DNA of 11,426 bases from Phycisphaeraceae bacterium (GTDB lineage: Bacteria > Planctomycetota > Phycisphaerae > Phycisphaerales > Zrk34): contig JBBDRF010000013.1 of assembly GCA_040905565.1 (NCBI GenBank), positions 1 through 11,426 of the forward strand. Direction: 5' to 3'. The translations under genes and the position numbers were made by a program. Below are positions 1 through 6,613 of this stretch, in pieces. Below the pieces are notes generated by a model. The model did no database searches and was not told the origin of the DNA. It saw only the letters and a program-made list of their open reading frames with translations. Every line of letters starts with the position of its first letter. Position 1 is the first letter of the stretch.

Positions 1-51
1 CAGATCAGCCCCCGCTGGCTGCCCAAAACCGACCTCCAGCCCACCAGCTGA
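1..51 (+). CDS. Possible 3' end of an upstream gene (QISPRWLPKTDLQPTS*)
   Basis: Frame 1 is open from the window edge to TGA at 49-51, with mostly C/G-ending codons like the neighbouring gene. Too short to identify. Confidence 0.3.
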   Translation, partial: QISPRWLPKTDLQPTS

Positions 52-87
52 GGTCCCAAGCCGCTTGCGGCTTAGCGCGCGTCATCA

Positions 88-103
88 GCTACAATACCCG
101 CCC
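88..103 (+). promoter_or_regulatory. Putative sigma70-type -10 box (TACAAT, 90-95) for a leaderless or near-leaderless cysE transcript
   Basis: GCTACAATACCCGCCC directly precedes ATG 104 and there is no Shine-Dalgarno. TTGCGG at 65-70 is a possible -35, but the 19-nt spacing is long. A near-identical motif precedes uvrC. Confidence 0.55.
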
Positions 104-1120
104 ATGCCCTCGTCACCCGACCAACCCGACCATGATGCGGCGCGCATCACCGATGTCGTCGAACGGCTCGTCCGCAGCTATCAGGCCGACGACCGCACGC
201 AGCACCTCGATGCCACCTTTCTGCCCAACCGCGTCCGCACGATCGAACTGCTGGAGTTGATCCGCCAAGTCATCTTCCCCGGCTTCTTCGATGAGCACCG
301 CATCACCACCGAAAACGTCCGCTTCCACGTGGGCGAACTGCTGACCCAGATCGACGACACGCTGTATGAGCAGATTCGCCAGGCCCTGCGCTACGAGAAG
401 AACCGCACCGGTGAGCCCGGGGCCGGCGACAACTGCACCGCCTGCGACACCCGCGCCCGCGAACTCACCGACGCGCTGCTGAACGAGCTGCCCGAGCTTC
501 GCCGACAGCTCGCGCTCGACGTGCAGGCCGCCTTCGACGGCGACCCGGCCGCCAATTCCACCGATGAAACCATCTTCTGCTACCCCGGCGTCGACGCGAT
601 CTTCATCCACCGCGTCGCCCACGAACTCTACAAGCTTGAGGTGCCCCTCCTGCCGCGCATCATGAGCGAGTACGCCCACAACGAGACCGGCATCGACATC
701 CACCCCGGCGCTGCCATCGGCGAATCGTTTTTCATCGACCACGGCACGGGCGTCGTCATCGGCGAAACCTGCATCATCGGCGACCGCGTCAAGCTCTACC
801 AGGGCGTCACCCTCGGCGCCCTGTCCACCAAAGGCGGCCAGGCCTGGCGCGGCCGAAAGCGACACCCCACGCTCGGCAACGACGTGACCATCTACGGCGG
901 GGCGATCATCCTCGGCGGCGAAACCATCGTCGGCGAAGGCTCGACCATCGGCGGCTCGGTCTTCATCACCAGCAGCGTGCCCGCCGGCCACACCGTCACC
1001 ATGAAGCAGCCCGAACTGAAGCTCAGCGCCAAGAAGGTGCGCAGCAAGAAAAAGCGCCGCGACGCCGACTCCGACATCCCCGAACTCGATCTGCCCAAGG
1101 GGCACGATTTCCAGATATGA
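104..1120 (+). CDS. cysE: Serine O-acetyltransferase (CysE/EpsC type), 338 aa from ATG 104
   Basis: Motifs DVQAAFDGDPAA, CYPG..AIFIHRVAHELY, TGIDIHPGAAIGESFFIDHGTGVVIGET, YQGVTLG and KRHPTLG, with hexapeptide left-handed beta-helix repeats. Confidence 0.93.
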   Translation: MPSSPDQPDHDAARITDVVERLVRSYQADDRTQHLDATFLPNRVRTIELLELIRQVIFPGFFDEHRITTENVRFHVGELLTQIDDTLYEQIRQALRYEKNRTGEPGAGDNCTACDTRARELTDALLNELPELRRQLALDVQAAFDGDPAANSTDETIFCYPGVDAIFIHRVAHELYKLEVPLLPRIMSEYAHNETGIDIHPGAAIGESFFIDHGTGVVIGETCIIGDRVKLYQGVTLGALSTKGGQAWRGRKRHPTLGNDVTIYGGAIILGGETIVGEGSTIGGSVFITSSVPAGHTVTMKQPELKLSAKKVRSKKKRRDADSDIPELDLPKGHDFQI

Positions 1121-1132
1121 CGGGGTGGGAAT

Positions 1133-1159
1133 AACCACAGAGACACAGAGGCACGGAGA
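1133..1159 (+). repeat. Element 1, left arm: AAC plus three 8-mers (CACAGAGA CACAGAGG CACGGAGA)
   Basis: Matches the reverse complement of 1451-1477 at 25/27 positions. Confidence 0.9.
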
Positions 1160-1173
1160 GGAAGGGGGATCGA

Positions 1174-1437
1174 GTGGTGGCGAAACCTTCCCGACACACG
1201 ATCACCGTGGCCACCCACCATGCGCTGACCAGTATGGTGGCGGTGTGGTTGCTGGTCACGCTCTTGGTGTTGTACCGGGTCCGGCAGTTCGGTTTGGCGT
1301 TTCCCGATCAGGGTTTGCCAATTGCCTACCGGGTGCAGATGCTGGCGACTGTTGGCCTGCTGGTGGCATTTTCACTGGCGGCCGTCTGGAGCTGGATGAA
1401 ACGCCCGGCAGCAGCGTGTCGCAAGCGACGCGGCTAA
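1174..1437 (+). CDS. Small hypothetical membrane protein (about 86-87 aa, two predicted TM helices, basic C-terminus) enclosed by the element 1 arms
   Basis: GTG start at 1174 or 1177 after purine-rich GAGGAAGGGGG. Hydrophobic stretches MVAVWLLVTLLVLY and MLATVGLLVAFSLAAVWSWM. The ORF fills almost the whole interval between the arms. No family recognised. Confidence 0.55.
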   Translation: MVAKPSRHTITVATHHALTSMVAVWLLVTLLVLYRVRQFGLAFPDQGLPIAYRVQMLATVGLLVAFSLAAVWSWMKRPAAACRKRRG

Positions 1438-1450
1438 ATTTCAAGTTTCT

Positions 1451-1477
1451 TCTCGGTGCCTCTGTGCCTCTGTGGTT
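1451..1477 (-). repeat. Element 1, right arm: TCTCGGTG CCTCTGTG CCTCTGTG GTT
   Basis: Inverted copy of 1133-1159 with the same 8-nt period. Confidence 0.9.
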
Positions 1478-1489
1478 CGCTTAAAGCGC

Positions 1490-2128
1490 CTACTTCAGCT
1501 CCACCGACCAGTACGCGTTATCCAGAAACGCCCGCCACGACGCGTACTTGTCGCTGCCCAGCCGCAGGCTGATCACCGGGTTGCGCGTCGGCTTGGCCGG
1601 CTTGCGGATCAGGTGCATCCGCGCCTGCTCCGGCGTGCGCCCGCCCTTCTTCGCATTGCACCGCGTGCACGCACACACCAGATTCGTCCACGAGCTGATC
1701 CCGCCCAGCGTGCGCGGGTTGACGTGGTCCAGGCTCAACTCGCTGGTGGGGAACCGTTTGCCGCAGTACTGGCAGAGGTTGTGGTCGCGGGCGAAGATGT
1801 TCCGCCGATTCAGCTTCACCTCCTGCCGCGGCAGTTTGTCGTAGCCCAGCAGGCGGATGACCTTCGGCACCGCCAGGTCGAGCCGCACCGTCCGCACCCA
1901 CTCATACGCCTCCGGCTCGAGGCGGGCGAACTGATCGCGTGTGGTCGACACATCCGTCCATGAATCAAAATCGTGAGCGGTGTACGAACCATCATCCACG
2001 CGGATGACTTCGGCCAGGTCCCGGCACAGCAGCGAAAACGCGCGGCGAGCATCGACGACGCGGATCGCCATCCACATTTTGTTGAGGACGAGTACGTGGC
2101 TGTTCAGCGCTGTTGCCGATCCGCTCAT
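1490..2128 (-). CDS. HNH endonuclease (McrA/HNH_5-like, Zn-binding), 212 aa
   Basis: N-terminal VLVLN motif, then RRNIFARDHNLCQYCG, LSLDHVNPRTLGG, SWTNLVCACTRCNAKKG. ATG 2128 has AGGA upstream. Confidence 0.88.
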   Translation of the reverse strand: MSGSATALNSHVLVLNKMWMAIRVVDARRAFSLLCRDLAEVIRVDDGSYTAHDFDSWTDVSTTRDQFARLEPEAYEWVRTVRLDLAVPKVIRLLGYDKLPRQEVKLNRRNIFARDHNLCQYCGKRFPTSELSLDHVNPRTLGGISSWTNLVCACTRCNAKKGGRTPEQARMHLIRKPAKPTRNPVISLRLGSDKYASWRAFLDNAYWSVELK

Positions 2129-2216
2129 GGATAAATCCTGTGCGGGGCCAAGTCTACGGGGAATCCCGATGCACCGGATGTTAGCCGAGCGGCTGCACGG
2201 GGGCAACTGTCCTGCG

Positions 2217-2321
2217 AAGGGGCCGAGGGGCCAAGGGGTCGAGGGACCCCGAGCGAAAAAATGCCATAACCCACACGATGGGCTTTACTTGGTCCCTCGG
2301 CCCCTCGGCCCCTGGCCCCTT
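2217..2321. repeat. Element 2: inverted repeat of 8-mer units (GGGGCCGA type), arms 2217-2248 and 2291-2321, 42-nt spacer
   Basis: Left arm AA GGGGCCGA GGGGCCAA GGGGTCGA GGGACC. Right arm GGTCCC TCGGCCCC TCGGCCCC TGGCCCC TT. The arms pair with 2 mismatches and a 1-nt bulge. Confidence 0.88.
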
Positions 2322-2324
2322 TTG

Positions 2325-2879
2325 CTAGAAGTGTCTTTCCGCCCGCGCCCGGTTGGCGAAGCCCCAAGCCGACGCGGTGCGGAACAGGACAAAGCCCAGA
2401 GGCACCGCCACGACCGCACTGTAAAGCAGCATCATAAACCGCTGTGCCAACTGATCCGGGGCGCTCCAGCCCATGATCGGCTCGGCGGTGAGCATGCCCA
2501 TCCCGCGCATCGTCAGCAACGCGACGTAAACCAGTTGTATGAAAATCCCCACCACCAGCACCAGCACGGCTAACGCCAGCACCGACTCGCGAAACACCAG
2601 CGTCCGCAACTGCAGCACCACGTACGATCCTGCCAGGTACCCCAACGCCATCGGCCCGATCAGCGTGCCGTCCCGCACCGGCCCCGGCTGCAGGTCCACG
2701 AGCAGTCCCAGAATCAAAAACGCCCACGGCACAACCGCGCTCGGCGCCATCAACCCCACATACAACGCCAGCACCAGCACAAAGCTCGGCGCCACGCCGC
2801 CCACCTGCAGCAACATCCGCAGCCCCGACTCCAGGGCAAGCAACACGTACGCCGCGATGATAAAAATCAGCCAGTTCAT
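2325..2879 (-). CDS. mreD: Rod shape-determining protein MreD, 184 aa
   Basis: Polytopic hydrophobic protein with P.F.LVLALYVGL, GLLVDL and G..ALGY patterns, directly downstream of mreC. Confidence 0.8.
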   Translation of the reverse strand: MNWLIFIIAAYVLLALESGLRMLLQVGGVAPSFVLVLALYVGLMAPSAVVPWAFLILGLLVDLQPGPVRDGTLIGPMALGYLAGSYVVLQLRTLVFRESVLALAVLVLVVGIFIQLVYVALLTMRGMGMLTAEPIMGWSAPDQLAQRFMMLLYSAVVAVPLGFVLFRTASAWGFANRARAERHF

Positions 2880-2966
2880 TGCGAATCGCTAATGTCTAAT
2901 CGCTGATTTCTAATTTGCTGACTTCGCCTTTTAATCAGCAATTAGAAATCAGCAATCAGCAATCGC
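2878..2966. repeat. Element 3: inverted repeat of 7-mer units (AATCAGC / GCTGATT) filling the whole mreC-mreD gap
   Basis: Left arm ATTGCGA ATCGCTA ATGTCTA ATCGCTG ATTTCTA ATTTGCTG (2878-2920). Right arm AATCAGC AATTAGA AATCAGC AATCAGC AATCGC (2933-2966). Core 2902-2921 pairs with 2935-2953 (19 bp plus 1 bulge) around a 13-nt loop. Confidence 0.88.
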
Positions 2967-3803
2967 TTACTCCTCCGGCACCAGCACCGTGACTTGGCGC
3001 AACGCCGTCAAATCCACCGCGGGCGAAAGCGTCACCCGTTTCAGCCGATGCGGGTCGCTCGGATCGGGCCGAACATCCGTCACCTGGGCCACCACAAACC
3101 CCCGCGCCTCGCGCGGCCAGCGATCGTCCGCCAAGTGCGCCCAGTCGCCTTCCTCCACCGGATCGTCCCGCTCCGCTTCGATCAGGAAGGTTTGACCGTC
3201 ATCCTGAATTTCCATCCACGCCGAATAGCGCCGATCCGTCGCGGTCGGGTTCGGCGGGATGATCCGCACTTGCAGTCGGCTTTCCGCCGCGGTGAACAGA
3301 CGCACGTCCGCGCTCACCGGCCCCGCGCGCTCAATCTCACCGGCCAGGATGAACTGGGTCACCACTGCCTGCCCCCGTGCCACGCCGTCGCGCGAGCCGC
3401 GGTTGATCCGCAGCGTCGGGTTCAATCGATCGCCCGACACCGACCCCACGCGGGCGAGCAGCGCTCGCATCGGCCGATCCTCGTCCAGCACGCCACGCAC
3501 CTGCTGCAGCGCCTCGTTCTCTCGGCGGAGTTGCTGGACTTCCTGCTCCAATTGTTCGATGTACAGCCGCGCGTGACCGGGATGATGCTCGTCCGCGATG
3601 TCCAGTTGCACCGGCGTCGGCCGCCGCACCGCATCGCCGAGACTTTTCAGCGGCACCGTCACCGGCATCTGCACCGCCGCCACGACGTCCCGCCCGGGGT
3701 TGCCCACCCACGAGATCACCCGCAACGGCAGCAGGCTTGTGACCAGCAGCACCGCCGTCACAAGCACCAGTGCTCGGCGAGGGGTCAACAGCGAACGACG
3801 CAT
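2967..3803 (-). CDS. mreC: Rod shape-determining protein MreC, 278 aa
   Basis: N-terminal TM, a short coiled coil (EQLEQEVQQLRRENEALQQ), the MreC motif LRINRGSRDGVARGQAVV, C-terminal L.PAVDL..L..VTV, and position between mreB and mreD. Confidence 0.85.
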   Translation of the reverse strand: MRRSLLTPRRALVLVTAVLLVTSLLPLRVISWVGNPGRDVVAAVQMPVTVPLKSLGDAVRRPTPVQLDIADEHHPGHARLYIEQLEQEVQQLRRENEALQQVRGVLDEDRPMRALLARVGSVSGDRLNPTLRINRGSRDGVARGQAVVTQFILAGEIERAGPVSADVRLFTAAESRLQVRIIPPNPTATDRRYSAWMEIQDDGQTFLIEAERDDPVEEGDWAHLADDRWPREARGFVVAQVTDVRPDPSDPHRLKRVTLSPAVDLTALRQVTVLVPEE

Positions 3804-3832
3804 GAAAGCAGCACCTTCAACGAGGGCGGGGG

Positions 3833-3838
3833 AGTGTA
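3833..3838 (-). promoter_or_regulatory. Possible internal -10 box (TACACT on the minus strand) upstream of mreC
   Basis: Minus strand reads GCTAACTACACTCCCCCGCCC..., then GAAGGT as a possible SD about 9 nt before ATG 3803. It abuts the end of element 4. Confidence 0.35.
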
Positions 3839-3839
3839 G

Positions 3840-4028
3840 TTAGCCACAGATAAACACGGATGCACACGGATAAAAACCAGAAGGGAATTGAGCCGCAAAT
3901 GAACGCGAATAAACGCTAATCCGGAAAAGGGTCTTTCTTTCGGGATCTCTTATTTGCGTTCATTGGCGTTCATTCGCGGCTATATCCCCTGTCTTGATCT
4001 GCGTGCATCTGCGTTTATCTGTGGCTAA
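3840..4028. repeat. Element 4 (outer): inverted repeat of 10-mer units (CACRGATRMA), arms 3840-3871 and 3997-4028
   Basis: TTAGCCACAGATAAACACGGATGCACACGGAT versus the reverse complement TTAGCCACAGATAAACGCAGATGCACGCAGAT: 28/32 identical, all differences A/G. Confidence 0.92.
3891..3981. repeat. Element 5 (nested inside element 4): inverted repeat of 10-mer units (CGCNAATRAA), arms 3891-3920 and 3952-3981
   Basis: AGCCGCAAATGAACGCGAATAAACGCTAAT versus the reverse complement AGCCGCGAATGAACGCCAATGAACGCAAAT: 26/30 identical. Confidence 0.92.
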
Positions 4029-4052
4029 ACATCCGCAACGAGGCGTGGCCGA

Positions 4053-5105
4053 TTAGCTCTCGTCCATGTCGCTTTCCATGGTGTGCTTCCACTCCTCGAT
4101 GTGCTCAAGGTAGATGGCCGTCCCACGGGCGACACAGGTCAGCGGGTCTTCCGCGACGCGGCAGTCCAGGCCGGTGGCATTGGAGATCACGTCGGCAATG
4201 CCGCGAAGCAGCGCCCCGCCGCCGGCGAGCACGATGCCGTTGTCCACCAGGTCGGCGGCGAGCTCCGGCTCGGCGCGTTCGAGCGTGCGCGTGACCGTCT
4301 CGATGATGGCCGACAGCGGCTCCTGCAAGGCTTCGCGGATTTCCTCGCTGGTGACGACGGTCTTGCGCGGCAGGCCGGAGATCATGTCCCGACCGCGCAC
4401 TTCCATGGACTGCTCTTCGCCCATGGGCACCGCCGAGCCGATCTCTTTCTTGATCTTCTCCGCGGTCTGCTCGCCGATCATCAGGTTGTACGCTTTTTTC
4501 ATGTGGTTGATGATCGACTCGTCGAGGTCGTCACCGGCCACGCGCACCGACTCGCACTGGGCGATGTCGGCCAGCGACATGATCGCCACTTCCGTCGTGC
4601 CGCCGCCGATGTCCACGATCATGCTGGCCGTGGCTTCGACGATGGGCAGATTGGCGCCGATGCCTGCGGCCATGGGCTCTTCGACGAGGTACACCCGCCG
4701 CGCCCCGGCCCGCTCGGCGGAGTCGAGCACCGCCCGCTTTTCGACGGCGGTGATGCCGCTGGGCACGGCGATGACCACGCGCGGCTTGACGAACGGCCGT
4801 TTGCCGTTGACCTTGCGGATGAAGTAGCCGAGCATCGCCTCGGTGATCTCGAAGTCGGAGATCACGCCGTCTTTCAGCGGGCGGATGGCGGTGATGCTGC
4901 CAGGCGTTTTGCCGAGCATCTCCTTCGCGACCCAGCCCACGGCGTTGCCGTTGTCCAGCACCTGGTTGGTGCCCTTTTTCACCGCCACGACGCTTGGCTC
5001 ATTCAACACGATACCTTCGCCTCGCACGCACACCAAAGTGTTGCACGTGCCGAGGTCGATGCCCATGTCGACGCTGAACCAGCTTAAGATGTTGTCGAGG
5101 AACAA
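4053..5105 (-). CDS. mreB: Actin-like rod shape-determining protein MreB, about 350 aa (probable TTG start at 5105)
   Basis: Motifs DMGIDLGTCNT, NEPSVVA, IRPLKDGVISDF, EEPMAAGIGA, VDIGGGTTEVA, GEQTAEKIK, GRDMISGLP, LAGGGALL and AEDPLTCVARG. AAGGA lies 7 nt before TTG 5105. Confidence 0.97.
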   Translation of the reverse strand: MFLDNILSWFSVDMGIDLGTCNTLVCVRGEGIVLNEPSVVAVKKGTNQVLDNGNAVGWVAKEMLGKTPGSITAIRPLKDGVISDFEITEAMLGYFIRKVNGKRPFVKPRVVIAVPSGITAVEKRAVLDSAERAGARRVYLVEEPMAAGIGANLPIVEATASMIVDIGGGTTEVAIMSLADIAQCESVRVAGDDLDESIINHMKKAYNLMIGEQTAEKIKKEIGSAVPMGEEQSMEVRGRDMISGLPRKTVVTSEEIREALQEPLSAIIETVTRTLERAEPELAADLVDNGIVLAGGGALLRGIADVISNATGLDCRVAEDPLTCVARGTAIYLEHIEEWKHTMESDMDES

Positions 5106-5470
5106 GCCCCGATCCTTTTCAGGCCATGACGGCAACTGCCGTCGATGTAGTTCAAAACGTCAATGATACCGATAACGGTCGTGCCTGTCGCATCGCGGCT
5201 TTGTCGGCCGGGACGCGCGCACCACAACGAGGTGGGCACCGCGAGCATCCCTCCCCTTCTTCGGCGATCTGACCCGCCCGCCCTTCAGTTTTCAGCTTGG
5301 GAATTCGTCGCCGCCGCCGCAGCAGCGACAAAACGCTGCCGATCTACGGTGGGCGACGTGACGCGCCCTCAATCATCCCACACGCAAGCATGGGACGATC
5401 GCCGACTGGGCCCCCCAACCCGATCCTTCCGCATGGGGCCTGTGTGCCTTACACACGCCCACCCGCTGCC

Positions 5471-5668
5471 TCACATCAACATCGTCGTGCGCAGCGTATC
5501 GATCGTCATCTGGGATACGTCGAACGGGTTGGCTGTGTCGAACAGCTCCGCAAACCGCCACCACACGATGCCCACGCCCAACAGCAGGGCGACGAACGCC
5601 ACTGCCAGCAGCACCGTGTAAATGTTGTGGCCCGCACTGCCTCGCGATCCGCCCATTTCCGCCATCAT
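5471..5668 (-). CDS. Small single-pass membrane protein (about 64-65 aa, NIYTVLL...TM)
   Basis: GGAG SD 5-8 nt before ATG 5668 or 5665. One TM segment (VLLAVAFVALLLGVGIVWW). Co-oriented between the coiled-coil gene and mreB. Confidence 0.7.
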   Translation of the reverse strand: MMAEMGGSRGSAGHNIYTVLLAVAFVALLLGVGIVWWRFAELFDTANPFDVSQMTIDTLRTTMLM

Positions 5669-5737
5669 GCACACTCCCGGGATGCGCCGGCTCGGTCGCC
5701 GCGCGTCCCCGTCTGGTGGTTCGTATCGTGAACCGGC

Positions 5738-6613
5738 TCACATGCTGCCGGCGAAGATCTCGTCGCCCTGACGGACCTGGTCCTGGATCAAGGTCATGTG
5801 ACCCACCGCGACGTCGGCCTCGACCGAGTCGATCACCAGCCGGCCGAGGTAGCGGTCGTTTCGGTGAACCATGAATTCCATCTGCTCGGCGACGCCGTCG
5901 TTGCTGCCGACGTTCACCTGCACGAACACGTCGTTGCCCTGCTGGTCGAGCTGGACGATCTGCCCGGCGATCGGCTGGGGCGGCGTCGGGCCACGCTCAC
6001 CGCGGTCGGGGTCGGCCATGAACTCACGCAGCTCAGGCGGCGCCTGGGCGATCTTCTCTTCGATCTCGCGGCTGGCTTCCATCAACGACTGCATCCGCTC
6101 GCGGAAGCGACGGACCTGACGCTCCAGGCTGTCGCCCTGCGTGCTCAGTTCGGCGATCCGGCTGGCCGACTCGACCAGACGCGTCTGCAACTCCACCGTT
6201 TCCCCGCGGCGACGGTCCAGTTCCTCGTTAAGCGAGCCGAGCAGGGCGGTGCTCTGCGACTGCGCGGCCGAGAGGCGCTCCAGCGAGGCCTCCCACTTCT
6301 CCAGGTCAGCCTGCGCCTCGTTCGCTGCGTCCCGCGCTGCGGCCAGGTCGGCTGCCAGCGCGGTCACCCGCTCGGTCTGCTGGCGAACCTCGTCGCCTCG
6401 CTGGGCGAGTTGCCGGTCGTAGTCGGAGCGGATGCGCTCCACCTCCGACTGGCGAAGCGTGGCGGTGGTGCGTGCGGCGTCGCGCTCGCTGCGAAGCTGT
6501 TGCACCTCCGCATCCAGATCTTCGTATTGGGCAACCGACGACACGGTCAGGGCAACCAGAAGGATCGCCAGAACAGTGACGAGTACGACGAACGCCTTGG
6601 TGAGCATGCTCAA
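5738..6613 (-). CDS. Hypothetical protein, 291 aa: N-terminal membrane anchor, long coiled coil, C-terminal small beta domain
   Basis: AGGAGAGG SD before TTG 6613. TM segment FVVLVTVLAILLVALTV, about 160 aa of heptad-rich E/Q/R/L/A sequence, and C-terminal VQVNVGSNDGV...F.VHR...YLGRL. Confidence 0.85.
   Translation of the reverse strand: MSMLTKAFVVLVTVLAILLVALTVSSVAQYEDLDAEVQQLRSERDAARTTATLRQSEVERIRSDYDRQLAQRGDEVRQQTERVTALAADLAAARDAANEAQADLEKWEASLERLSAAQSQSTALLGSLNEELDRRRGETVELQTRLVESASRIAELSTQGDSLERQVRRFRERMQSLMEASREIEEKIAQAPPELREFMADPDRGERGPTPPQPIAGQIVQLDQQGNDVFVQVNVGSNDGVAEQMEFMVHRNDRYLGRLVIDSVEADVAVGHMTLIQDQVRQGDEIFAGSM

Noticed and set aside
113..1138. 341-aa minus-strand ORF
   Set aside because: Antisense shadow of cysE, expected in high-GC DNA.
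1133..1477. Classical IS element or MITE with target-site duplication
   Set aside because: No matching direct repeats flank the arms (GGGAAT versus CGCTTA), and the internal ORF is a small membrane protein rather than a transposase.
1125..1484. 119-aa ORF MGITTETQRHGE...SVPLWFA
   Set aside because: It translates straight through both repeat arms and has no protein-like features. The 1174-1437 frame is more credible.
1490..2128. HNH protein as a Cas9/IscB-like or intron-encoded nuclease
   Set aside because: It is only 212 aa, with no RuvC motifs, no reverse transcriptase and no recognisable adjacent guide RNA or intron.
1133..4028. CRISPR array interpretation of the short repeats
   Set aside because: Units are 7-10 nt, directly tandem and arranged as inverted arms. 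There are no 25-45-nt direct repeats with unique spacers and no cas genes.
2994..5087. Plus-strand ORFs 2994-3839, 4083-5087 and 4114-4827
   Set aside because: Antisense shadows of mreC and mreB with no recognisable motifs.
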